64,000 nucleotides of DNA, taken from contig MU058252.1 of NCBI GenBank assembly GCA_013265495.1, positions 1,460,244 to 1,524,243 of the forward strand, read 5' to 3'. A model generated the notes under the pieces. It saw only the letters and a program-made list of their open reading frames with translations, did no database searches and was not told where the DNA came from. Below, piece by piece: positions 50,147-61,939 of this stretch (position 1 is the stretch's first letter; the number at the start of each line of letters is the position of its first letter). This DNA comes from Vicugna vicugna. Lineage: Eukaryota. Position numbers and translations under genes: made by a program.

Positions 50147-50854
50147 GGTTGGGCTGCTTAGCTGAGGCCAGAGCCATATGACCCACTCCTAGATCCAGGG
50201 GTGAAGGCATCTTTCAAAGTGCAGAGGCTCTGGGGGAAGGCACGGGTGGTGTAAACAAAGACAACAGCACAGCGAGCCCTCAGGACAAGTGGAAGGGGTG
50301 CTGCTGGGAGGCAGGCTCTAGCTCCTTGTATTTATTATACGTCACATATACTCACTGCACATTATATACACATTATGTCCTATGAAGACCCGTGTGTACA
50401 AAGCGCAAATCTAGGTCATCCCCCGTTCCTCTTGCTTCCCTCCAACACAGGAGGAAATCAATATTCAAGAAAGCAAGCTTTACCACTGAACAGCTGCTGT
50501 GCGCTAAACGAGTTTCTTGGTCCTCACACTGTTTGTGATGAAGATTACAAGTCAGCTGAACTGGTTTTGTCCATTAAGGGCTCACCTGTTTGTGTGGACT
50601 GTCTTGTACAATGTGATTTTGAAAAGACTTCAGTTGTAATGCCCCAGAGACAGCATTTCTCTTTGAAAAGAATGTTTGAGGCACTCTCATAATTTTCTGG
50701 TAGAAATGCAAATATGTACCGTCTTGGGGGGGGATTTGGCAATGTCTAATAAAACTACACATTTATTCACTTGTTGACACAGCAACCCTGCTTCTAGGAA
50801 TTTATCCTCAAGTCGTACCTCCAAAGCCCACTCCTAGGTATATATCCATGAAGT

Positions 50855-51082
50855 CCATTTAAATAGATTTTAAATATGGATATTTAAATAATTTTAAATA
50901 TGGAGAAATTATTTTTAAATGTTATATTTAAATTTTAAATTTGGATATTTGAATATTCAAATAGGTGTTTAAATATCCATATTTAAATATGGGTGTTTAA
51001 ATATGGATATATTTTTCTTCTTTTTTTGTTTTTTTTCTAAATATGGATACTTGGATATCCATATTGAAAATCTAAAATCCAT
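50855..51082. repeat. AT-rich tract built from AAATATGGATATT-like units in both orientations
   Basis: Repeated AAATATGG and CCATATT motifs; perfect palindromes at 50946-50963 and 50977-50992. Confidence 0.85.
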
Positions 51083-51849
51083 AATCAACTCTGTACGATC
51101 CTGCATATGCTTCTTAACTCCCCTGAGATGATAACCTTTGTTTCTTTCTCGCGAAGTGAGGGACTTGGACTAGATGTTAGCTCCCATTTATGGAAAGTCA
51201 ACTGTGTCTCAGACACTCTGCTCGTTGTTTTACATGTAGAACTTCCAACCCTTCCCTGCCAGGTATTTATCATACACTCATTTTATAGGTGAGGACTTTG
51301 AGGCTCAGAGAGGTTTAGTGAGCATACATTCCTCCAGCTAGGAAGAACTCAGGTCCGCCTGATCGTAAAACCTGCTGTCTTCCTAACACGTTTCCAGATG
51401 ATGCAAAAGATCTAAGGCCTCTTAAAACCTGAGATTCTGAGATTCTTTATCAAGAAGCAAGAAGATGGGAACTGACGTATCCACTTAGGTGCTGGTAACT
51501 CATACGCTTTAGGGTCCCTTTCTTATGGGAATTAAACAGCTGACTGAGTATCACGCTCCCTTACCCTGAAGTCATTTTCAGCTCAACCTCTTTTTGATGT
51601 ACTTGGGCTTAGTCAGTTGTACTTTTCAGTTTGTGAGCAGGTATCTGTCTGCTCCTGCAAAGCCCTGCTCTTGTTTCATTTATTTGTTTATTCCCTTTTA
51701 GCGCCATTTCTTACTCCCCAGCTCGCCCCTGCATGGACAATTAATCTAATGTGTCTGTGTACCTGAGTTTGTAGGTTCCTTGCCAAATGAGTAGTTTTGT
51801 TTTGAATGTGAGTGTATTTGTAATGTACATAAGTCATTGTGCTCATTCG

Positions 51850-52395
51850 GTGTGCTGGCTGGTATCCTTGACTCTCAAATTCATCTCTTGATCTTTCCCT
51901 GCTTTGCTTTGTATCACAGGGCAGTGCGGAGTGGAGCTGGGTGGGGAGGTGGACTGATCTCTGCAGACTGCACTGTCAGGTTCCCTGGTTGGCTTCTGGT
52001 AGAGTTCAGCCAGTGAAAAGCACGGAGCGGGGGGGGAGACTGGAAGATGGAGGGAGAATTGGTGTATGCTTCTCCATCTCTCTTTTTTAGGGTCTCCTAC
52101 AGCAGCTGTGTCTTCTCCATAGCTCCAATTCCCTCTCAACAACCCTGCCACGGGTCCAACTTCTGCCAAAGGACTTCAGCCATTGGATTGAGGTCCCATC
52201 ACTTCATCCCTTTGCCCCTCCAACCTCACGGGGTGTTGCTGCCTTCCTCCTGTTGTGAATGCCTAGGCTGTTTCACCTGTGCCCTGTTTGGTCATCCAAA
52301 TATTTCACCACCTAGGTAACCAATTCCCTATATTAAATTCCCTCTCTGTTTTAAAACGCTTAAAGTGTTTTCTGTGTTCCTGGTTAAATCTCTAG
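51850..52395 (+). mobile_element. LTR33-like solo LTR
   Basis: CTCTGCAGACTGCA...GGCTTCTGGTAGAGTTCAGCCAGTG...ATTAAATTCCCTCT...TTTCTGTGTTCCTG. Confidence 0.65.
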
Positions 52396-53634
52396 CAAAT
52401 ACATTTGGTTTTTCCCTTTTTTTGTGCAACACCGTATTTGGAAGTCTATCTCTGTTCTTACGTGTATGTGTGGCTCTCTGACTGTTGCACAGTAAACTTC
52501 ACTGTATCCACCACATTTTTCTTAACCATCTCCAACTCCTGCTCCCACACACAGCACCTGATGAGTTCTCGTGTGTGTGTTCCCTCGTGGATCTTTCGTG
52601 AGAATTTTTCTGCAATAAATACTCTAGGATGGGACGGCTGGGTCATAAAGTAAATCCATGCTTAACTTGCCAAAATTCTGTCAGATTGGTCGAGAAAAGT
52701 TACTCTTTCCCCATGTCCCCAACTCTTCATGTCATCCAACCTTCCAGTTTTTGCCTTTCCCGATTTAATTTCATAATAATACTAGCATCGGAGAACAGCA
52801 CTAACTAGCAATTGTTAAGCGCTTTCCTAGACGCCAGGCACTTCACGTAGTTTCATCCTTTGCCCTTATCCCAGTTCCATGGGTAGGTGCCAGATGAATG
52901 AACAAAGGATCAGAGAGATCACATTACACCTGTATGAACCTTGAAAACATTTATGTGAAGTGAAAGAAGCCACAAAGGATTACATATTGTGTAATTCCAT
53001 TTATATGAAATTTCCAGAGTAGGTGAATGTAGAGACAGAAAGTAGGTTATTGTTTGCCTAGGGCTGGAAGATGTGGGAGGGTTGAGAGGCTGTTGGGTAC
53101 AGGATTTCCTTTTGGGGTAATGAAAATGTTCTAAAATTGATTATGAGAACGATGCACAATTTTTAAATATGCTAAAAAGCCATTTAATTACACACTATAT
53201 AACATATGAGTTACATTTCAGGAAAGCTGTTAAAAAAGTTATGAAATTATAACTTTAGAGAAATGGGAGTTGGGAATGGAGTAGGATGACATTATCCTCT
53301 TATTTAAAAAAAATAACACTTTAATTATTTTTACACACAATTATGCACACTTCAGCTCATACCAGAAGAAATTTTTATTCCTCAGAGACAGCTTTCTTAC
53401 TTGAATGTCTTTTTTGGGGTCTATGGGATGGGGTTTCCAATTCCCTTGTCCTTTTTCCTTTTTATTTATATTTACAGACATGTATGAATAAGAGTTGTTA
53501 TAATAAAAACCTATGCTATAGGTGAGGATGGAAACAGTAGATAGAATTCTCCCATCTTTGTGAGATTGAAAAAAAAATTCAAAAGAAGTTGTAAGATAAC
53601 TATCCAGACTGAATCTGAATAATCAGTTCAACGC

Positions 53635-54080
53635 AGCAGCTCTCAGAATCTGGGGGCTGAGGAGCCTTTTACATTCTTGAAAATGAAGGTCCCCAAAGAG
53701 CTTTTGTTAATGTGAATCATATCTCTTGAGATTTACTGGAGTACAAATTAAATGGGGAAATTAAAAACATGTATTTATTCAATCCATTACATGTCAATGT
53801 ATTTTATTAAAAAAACTATTTTCTAAACTAAAAAATTTGTGAGAGGATTAGCATTGTTTCACATTTTTGCAAATCTCTTTAGTGGTTGACTTAATCGAGT
53901 GACACCTAGGATCTCATTCCTGCTTCTGAATTCAATCTGTTGTGCTGTGGACACAGGGCAAACACCAGCACAACGGAAAAGGAGGACGGCATCTTAGTAC
54001 TTTCAGGAAGTAGTTTTGCTCTCTGGAAGGTCGTGGGGCTCCTCAGGGGTCTTAGATCATACTATGGAAATCGGGGGTTT
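53635..54080. mobile_element. Charlie-type hAT non-autonomous element
   Basis: CAGCAGCTCTCAGAA...CCTTTTACATTCTTGAAAAT...CCCCAAAGAGCTTTTG resembles the Charlie1 terminus. Confidence 0.6.
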
Positions 54081-54283
54081 AGTGTTCACTAAAATTCCTG
54101 ATAGCAGTTCTTTTGACTAGATTTCACATTTCATTTTAATAGAATCATTATTTAGTAATTACATTTCAAAATAGAGTGCACAGATGCACAGGTATATGTA
54201 CAAAGATTAAGCACTAAAGCTGGCACCTCAAAACTAAACATTTACTTTTGCTACATGAAAATATGGAAACCATTTTAGCACAG

Positions 54284-54650
54284 AATAAACAACAAGGTGT
54301 GTATAGCACAGGGAACTACATTCAGTGGCTTATTGTAACCTGTAATGAAAAAGAATATATGTATGTATGACTGAATCCCTATAGTGTACACCAGAAACTA
54401 ACACAACACTGTAAATCACCTAAACTTCAGTTTTAAAAAGGTTATAGATAAACAACAAGTTTCTGCTGTACAGCATAGGGAACTATATTCAATATCTTAT
54501 AGTAATTTATGGTGAAAAAGAATATGAAAACGAATATATGTATGTTCCTATGTGACTGAAGTATTGTGCTGTACACCAGAAATTGACACAACATTGTAAA
54601 CTGACTATAGTTCAATAAAAATATTTTTAAAATAAAATTAAAAATTAAAA
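54284..54650 (+). mobile_element. Two head-to-tail L1 3'-end fragments
   Basis: ATAAACAACAAG...CACAGGGAACTA...TGTACACCAGAAA occurs at 54284-54440 and again at 54447-54650. Confidence 0.88.
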
Positions 54651-55204
54651 GGCTAAAAAATAATTTAAAAAAAAGAAGAGAAAATGTGGAAACCATTCTA
54701 GTCAGGGAGGAGGAATGGCTAGCAGAAAAAGAAAATCCCTCTCGATGACCTGGTGGCTTGCAGTCAACAACGCCACGTGCAGAGCACGCTGCACTGCTCC
54801 TCGACTTTGGGTGCACTCTCTGGTAGAAGCCCAGAATGAGGCTAGAATGTGTTACCAATGGTTTTCAGTCCTTATGGGAGAGGCTGAAAGTACATCAGGA
54901 GAGAAGTAGGTTTCAGCCCAGGCCAGTTCAGCTGTTGGTAATACAGGAGCAAGAATAGCAGTCATGCTCATCCCAGTAATTCTTGGGACACAGCAACAGG
55001 GTCTAAATGAATCCATATTGTTGTACCATGTGACATGGCCATGTGCAGACCTGGGCACTAAACAAAGTGAACTTTAAACACAGGAGTATGGAAAATTATC
55101 TTATAAGGTCACTGAGTTTCAGGTATATAAAATTCATGATATGAATGAGGAAATAAGGGGGTACACTTTGCTCCAAAAACTCACATATATTAAAAGAGAG
55201 AGGA

Positions 55205-55345
55205 GAGGGGAAGGTATTGCTCAGTGGTACAGTGTGTGCTTAACATGCATGAGGTCCTGGGTTCAATCCCCAGTACTGCCATCTATCAATAAACCAATAA
55301 ACCTAATTACCTCCCTCTCTTCCCAAAATTAATAAATTAATTAAA
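55205..55345 (+). mobile_element. Vic-1-like SINE
   Basis: GCTCAGTGGTA...GGTCCTGGGTTCAATCCCCAGTAC...CCTAATTACC. Confidence 0.9.
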
Positions 55346-56509
55346 AGACAAAAATTAGTGAGGACATAAGAGATTTAACCTATCTTCACAAAAGTCCATA
55401 TTCAACAAAATCAAAGACTGCATATGGAACATTTTGAAAAGTGGACAAATTATGTCAGAAATTAACCTTAATAAATGCCAGAAATTTAATACCATACATA
55501 CCATGTTCTCTGATTACAATTCAATTTAAAAAAAGAGAGAGAGCGCAAGCGAGAACTTGCACTTTCTGTCCAAAACTCATAGACCTAGTGGAGAAACACA
55601 CATTTTAGGAGGGAAATGGTGGGAAGCATTTGAAAAAGCAGAAATGGGAAGGTGGTGTACAGGAGGTTTGTTATAGGGAGAGCAGACCTCAGTCCACCAG
55701 ACAATGTGGAGAAAATGAGTTATGCTTTCCCAAAATGAGATGTAAAACCAACACAAGAAACATAAGGAGGACTGAACTGTCTGTTCCTTGATGAAAATCT
55801 CATACTGTTGAAAGCAGAGCATCAGATATGCCCTTAACTTTTTTGGTTGGAAATTAAACTGTTCAAATTCAAATGTTATGAGACAAGAGCTGCTGTTGTG
55901 AGCTTAGTTCTGACCACGTGGGAAGGCGGCAGTGGGAAATGACCTTGTTATCTTAGAGGAAACATGGGGTCCAGTCCGATATGTCCTAAACCTAAGAATA
56001 GTAGAATTTCCGAGGAGGAATAAAAAGATATAACCCTGTGGGTGGACAATTTAAAAGAGAACAAGGCCAAAGGAAGACATCTCTAAAAATAAGCTCCTTC
56101 TATCATGCAATTGTCCTAGACATACTCTATTTTTATTAAACCAAGCATTTAGTAGTTGGTGAATAAAATAGAGAAATAACAGCTGACTGATAAAACAGAC
56201 ACACTCCTGTCAAATCTTTATCCCTGGAAGGCTGAAAAGAGCTCCATCAATACCCAGAGACCTAACAATTCCCGCATTAGAGTCCGTCCTCAGAAATCCC
56301 AGCCCAGGTACGTGGATCTGTGCAAGGCTAGGTATGAGAGCTTTCTTTGTCTGTAACAGAGGCAAAGTAAAATAATACAAGTGTCTGTAAAGAGGTGGTT
56401 AGTTTAATAAATTGTGAAGAGTCCGTCTTTAGTGGAAGGTAGTTCCGTAAGTGGATGTGAGAGAAATGAAGACAATACTGTTCAGTTGAAAAGCAAAAGG
56501 TGGGTGGAG

Positions 56510-56651
56510 AGGAGGGCATAGCTGAGTGGTAGAGTGTGTGCTTTGGGTTCACAAAGTCCTGGGTTCAATCCCCAGTACCTCCATTAAAATCAATCAATAA
56601 AAATAAATACATAAACTGAATTACCTCCCCTCCCCCCCCCACCAAAAAAAA
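56510..56651 (+). mobile_element. Vic-1-like SINE
   Basis: Same SINE consensus with A/B boxes and tail. Confidence 0.9.
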
Positions 56652-57084
56652 GAGTGTAGCGGAAGTGACGCTGTACCAGCCTATGAGAGGATGGCAGCTT
56701 CCACTCCCCACCGGCCCACCTCCAGAGAAATGCGAGGCGGAGCACCGTGTGAGCTGCGAAGCTGAGGCGGCTCTTAGCCACAGAGGGAGAGCCTGGGAGG
56801 GGCGAAAGGAGGGGAGGGAGCCGCGGTGCCTGCGGAGGAACCCAGAGCTACTGAAGGCAGAGAGATGGGAAGAACGTGGGTCCTGAGTGACATCATGAAC
56901 CACTGGAATTAGCTCACCTGAATCCAGATGTCAAATTTCTGTTACATAAACCAAGCCAAGTTAAGTCTGCTTTGCTTTTATTTGTAAGAAAAATAAATAA
57001 ATAAATAAAACAAACAAAAAAACTTAACACACACACCACATTGTCCATGCCCTTTTTGTCTCATAATTTTTTTCTCTTTTTTCT

Positions 57085-57315
57085 TTTTTTAGTCAGTTTA
57101 CAATGTATACTGACTAAATGTATACAATGTATACAACTGTATACAGTTTACAAAGTATAGTCAGTTTACAATGTAGCATCAATTTCTGATGTACAGCATA
57201 ATAGTTCAGTCATACACGAAGATACATATACTCCTTTTCATATTCTTTTTCATTATAACTTACTACAAAGTATTGAATAAAATCCCCTGTGCGATACAGT
57301 AGAAACTTGTTTATC
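57085..57315 (-). mobile_element. L1 3'-end insertion
   Basis: CAGTTTACAATG...TTTTCATATTCTTTTTCATTATA...CCCTGTGCGATACAGTAGAAACTTGTTTATCC. Confidence 0.85.
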
Positions 57316-57909
57316 CACGCCCTTTTTATTTGGCTGATATATTTTAGCCTGACCTGGTTAGAAGAAGAGAAAGGCATTTCAGGTGCCCCAAGGCACTCCA
57401 AGCCTTTCGCTTGCACGTTCAGCTGTATAATGGTAGGTCTCTACCTTAAGGGCAGGAGCAGTGATTTCTTTGAAACTCACTACCAGGCCCACCTCTGGGA
57501 ATCTGAATCCTACTGTTCTATTAGTTCACTCTGTACTACTTTTCAGTTATTGCTTAGAGAGCATCCATGAAAATGTGTGAGAACCCAGGTTTGAAAATGT
57601 ATGTGTAACTTTTTGGATCAGCTCTGACTTCTAAAGTTCTTGGAAATCTCCACTCCTATCTGTACAACTAGAAAAAATGCTGAATAAGTTGCAAGTCAAT
57701 AACTTCTCCTGGACTCATGAAAGAACTAACCCATCAGAGTTAGTCACTCTGAAATCTGGAGAAACGGGTGCAGTCAGAGCCCCAGCTGAGATCTGCTTAC
57801 CTGGAGCAGAAGCTGCCAGAACCAGGAACCAGCAGGAACACTGACACGGCGATTTTGATGAAGTGCTGGAGGCCGGGGGTGGACTAGTTTGAGAACAAGA
57901 AACCACCAG

Positions 57910-58070
57910 AGAGAGGGTATAGCTCAGTGGTAGACTGTGTGCTTAGCATGCATGAGGTCCTGGGTTCAATCCCCAGTACCACCATTAAAATAAATAAGTA
58001 AGACAAAGTTAGTAAACCTAATTAGCACCCTCCCCCAAAAAAGTGGGGGAAAAAAGTTGAAAAAAAAAAG
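57910..58070 (+). mobile_element. Vic-1-like SINE
   Basis: Same SINE consensus; TSD-like AAGAAAC.CCAG on both sides. Confidence 0.9.
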
Positions 58071-59141
58071 AAACTCCAGGGGGCTGTAGTCTTAGGGGAC
58101 CCCTACACTTTTTTGGGGTTTCGCCTACAGGAATCCCACTAGGTTCTCATACTGAAAACAAAGAAAGATCCCTTTGCGTCTCCAGCAGGGGGAGGGGAAA
58201 AGCAACCACTGTGAAATAGCATTCTCCACTACAAAGGCTGACCCTCCAGGGTAACAGGCTTTACCAGAGCCGTATCCAACCTTGGGAAGGGGCCTTTCCC
58301 ATTTCCAGGCTCCAAGCTCTGCCAGGCTTCCTGTCTCACAAAGTAGTGGGAAGCCAAAAAAGATTTACCAACATAGGTTTACTAAAAGTCTAGTATTTAA
58401 TCCTAAGTCTATAGAAATCTCCCCCTTTCCTGGCATCCTACCACCATGTATGTCCATAGGCTTCAGTACAACACAGTAGAAACAGCTGAAAGAGCTGCGA
58501 GTAACACACCTTAAGAAGGAGTCTCCAAGGAAACCCGAAGCCACCAGGGGAGACAAAATTAAAGGCACTAGAGGAAACTGAGGACTCAGTCATGTATGAT
58601 TATGGCAAGCAACTAAACACAGCCAATCCTTAGCCAGATCAACATAAAACCTCAGGCTACAGGCCTATTAACCATAGTTCCTATTACCCACTATGTCATG
58701 TGTAGCTTTCACTAAAAAAGCACAAGGCATACTAAAAGGCAAGGAAAAAACCCCTCAAGGTTGGAAGACCCCAGGAAGGAATGTAGACTATGACAAAAGA
58801 CCCTAACCGAATTACAAAGGTATAAAACATCCTCACTGAAGGGAATGGAGGAAACGGGCTGACCATAATAACTTTGGAAATGTCTATTAAGACTAAAGGC
58901 AAAGGGAATTGCACTTAAGTACTACAGGCTTGTTGATTAAGTCGTTTCCCACTGGGGCATGGGGTGTGGTACGTATACTGGAATTGAACAGTTAAGCAAA
59001 TGGATGGCAGGTGGTGGGTGGCAGCCAGGTTTCTTACTGTGGGAGTGACGGATGTGGTAACGCATGGGAACTGGAGACATCAGTAAGAACTCATGTTTAG
59101 CTTAATGTAGATACAGATGGTAACATCCAGAAATCCATAGA

Positions 59142-59330
59142 GAGGGGGCAGGGTGTATGTCAAATGGTAAAGTTCATGCTTAGCATGCATGATAATATAC
59201 ATGAGGTCCTGGGTTCAATCCCCAGTACCTCCTCCAAAAATAAATGAATGAATGAACGAATAAATAAATAAATAATTAAGCCTAATTACCTCCTCCCAAC
59301 AACAAAAACTCCAAAAAAAAAAAAAAAAAG
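59142..59330 (+). mobile_element. Vic-1-like SINE whose tail is the apparent target of the L1 insertion
   Basis: GCTTAGCATGCATGA...GGTCCTGGGTTCAATCCCCAGTACC with a short internal insertion, (TGAA/TAAA)n tail. Confidence 0.88.
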
Positions 59331-59498
59331 AGAGAGAGAGAGAGAAGCAGAGAGACAGTGGGATTAGTATACTCACATATGAGGATCTGAAAGAAATGAC
59401 TCTATAGTAGCAATGATCACCCATATCTTGGTTTGTGAATATCATTCTCCTGTAAAAGGAGCCAGGGTTCCTTGGAGGAATGGCTGATTCTGGGACTA
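59278..59498 (+). repeat. Left copy of the long direct duplication flanking the L1
   Basis: 59347-59498 aligns without gaps to 61228-61379 (9 mismatches in 152 nt); the SINE tail part CTAATTACCTC... is also duplicated. Confidence 0.95.
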
Positions 59499-61170
59499 TT
59501 GTTAAAATGGTCACACTGCCCAAGGCAATCTACAGATTTAATGCTATCCCTATCAAATTACCCAGGACATATTTCAATGAACTAGAACAAATAATAAAAA
59601 AATTTATATGGAACCACAAAAGACTTAGAATTGCCAAAGCATTACTGAAGAGAAAGAAAGAGGCTGGAGGAATAACTCTCCCAGACTTCAGACAATACTA
59701 TAGAGCTACAGTCATCAAGACAGCATGGTATTGGTACCAAAACAGACATATGGACCAGTGGAACAGAATAGAGAGCCCAGAAATGAACCCACAAACTTTT
59801 GGTCAACTAATCTTTGACAAAGGAGGCAAGAGTATACAATGGAATAAAGACAGTCTCTTCAGCAAATGGTGTTGGGAAAACTGGACAGCAGCATGTAAAT
59901 CAGTGAAGCTAGAACACTCCCTTACACCATATACAAAAATCAACTCAAAATAAATCAAAGACTTAAACATAAGACAAGATACAATAAAGCTCCTAGAAGA
60001 AAATACAGGCAAAACATTATCTCATATACATCTCAAAAATGTTCTCCTAGGGCAGCCTACCCAAGCAATAGAAATAAAAGCAAGAATAAACAAATGGGAC
60101 CTAATGAAACTTACACGCTTCTGCACAGCAAAGGAAACTATAAGTAAAACAAAACGACAACCTACAGAAGGGGAGAGAATTTTTGCAAATGATGAAACCA
60201 ACAAAGGCTTGATCTCCAGAATATATAAGCAGCTCATATGACATAATAAGAAAAAAACAAACAACCCAATCCAAAAATGGACAGAAGACCTAAACAAGCA
60301 ATTCTCCAAGGAAGAAATACAAATGATCAATAGGCACATGAAAAAATGCTCAATATCACTAATTATCAGAGAAATGCAAGTCAAAACTATGATGAGGTAT
60401 CACCTCAAACCAACCAGAATGGCCGTCATTCAAAAGTCCACAAATGACAAATGCTGGAGAGGCTGTCGAGAAAAGGGAACCCTCCTACACTGCTGGTGGG
60501 AATGCAGTTTGGTGCAGCCACTGTGGAAAACAGTATGGAGAGTCCTCAAAAAACTAGGAACAGACTTACCATATGACCCAGGGATCCCACTCCTGGGCTT
60601 GTATCCAGAAGGAACCCTACTTCAGGATGACACCTGCACCCCAATGTTCATAGCAGCACTATTTACAATAGCCAAGGCATGGAAATAGCCTAAATGTCCA
60701 TCAACAGATGACTGGATAAAGAAGAAGTGGTATATTTATACAATGGAATACTGCTCAGCCATAAAAAACAACAACATAATGCCATTTGCAGCAACATGGA
60801 TGTCCCTGGAGAATGTCATTCTAAGTGAAGTAAGCCAGAAAGAGAAGGAAAAAAAGAACATAAATACAAAACAGAAACAGACTCATAGACATAGAATACA
60901 AACTTGTGGTTGCCCGGGGGTGGAGGGTGGGAAGGGACAGACTGGGATTTCAAAATTTGTAGACACTGACAGACATATGCAGAATAGATAAACAAGATCA
61001 TACTGTATAGCACAGGGAAATATATACAAGATCTTGTGGTAGCTCACAGCGAAAAAAAAATGTGACAATGAATGTATGTATGTTCATGTATAACTTAAAA
61101 ATTGTGCTCTACACTGGAATTTGACACAACATTGTAAAATGACTATAACTCAATAAAAAATGTTAAAAAA
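59499..61170 (+). mobile_element. 5'-truncated, relatively young LINE-1 (ORF2 C-terminal part + 3'UTR)
   Basis: [22 protein letters not shown]...WNRIESPE...CWWEC...AALFTIAK are L1 ORF2 motifs; in-frame stops at 59951 and about 60686; ends in AATAAA and a short A tail. Confidence 0.97.
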
Positions 61171-61379
61171 GGCTAATTACCTCCCCTCAACAATAACAAA
61201 AAAATTAAAAAAAAAAAAGAGAGAGGGGCAGAGAGACAGTGGCATTAGTATACTCACATATGAGGATCTAAAAGAAATGACACTATAGTAGCAATGATCA
61301 CACATATCTTGGTTTGTGAATCCCATTCTCCTGTAAAAGGAGCCAGGGTTCCATGGAGAAATGGTTGATTCTGGGACTA
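61169..61379 (+). repeat. Right copy of the long direct duplication flanking the L1
   Basis: Begins directly after the L1 A tail (GCTAATTACCTCCCC...) and ends at CTGGGACTA, as does the left copy. Confidence 0.95.
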
Positions 61380-61411
61380 GAGCAGGAAACATACAAAATG
61401 AGCCTGGAGTG

Positions 61412-61937
61412 CTCTCTTCCTTGGCGCTACCTACGGAGGTGGCAGCCATCTCCTAGTCAGCATCACGGCTGCCCTCAGACCCCCTCATGAAACCCAAGAT
61501 CGTCAAAAAGAGGACCATGAAGTTCATCCGGCACCAGTCAGACCAATATGTCAAAATTAAGTGGAACTGGTGGAAACCCAGAGGCATTGACAACAGGGCG
61601 CGCTGGAGGTTCAAGGGCCAGATCCTGATGCCCAGCATCGGCTACGGGAGCAACAAGAAAACAAAGCACATGCTGCCCAGCGTCTTCTGCAATTTCCTGG
61701 TCCACAATGTCAAGGAGCTCGAAGTGCTGCTGATGTGCAACAAATCTTACTGCGCTGAGATTGCTCACAACGTCTCCTCCAAGAACCGCAAAGCCACTGT
61801 GGAGAGAGCAGCCCAGCTGGCCATTGGAGTCACCAGTCCCAACGCAGGCTGTGCAGAAAAGAAAACGAATAGACAGCCCGTGCATCTTGTATTCGTGTTA
61901 ATAAAACCATAAAACTCAAAAAAAAAAAAAAAAAAAA
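61412..61937 (+). pseudogene. RPL32: Processed pseudogene of 60S ribosomal protein L32
   Basis: Intronless; starts with the 5'TOP tract [26 protein letters not shown]...GIDNR...[14 protein letters not shown]; start codon is ACG (61465), extra C near 61484, 1-nt deletion near 61845, many R>W/Q CpG-type changes; AATAAA at 61900-61905 and poly(A) at 61918-61937. Confidence 0.97.
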
Positions 61938-61939
61938 GA

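Noticed and set aside
50855..51082. CRISPR-like or regular minisatellite array
   Set aside because: Eukaryotic DNA; units are irregular, in mixed orientation, and have no unique spacers.
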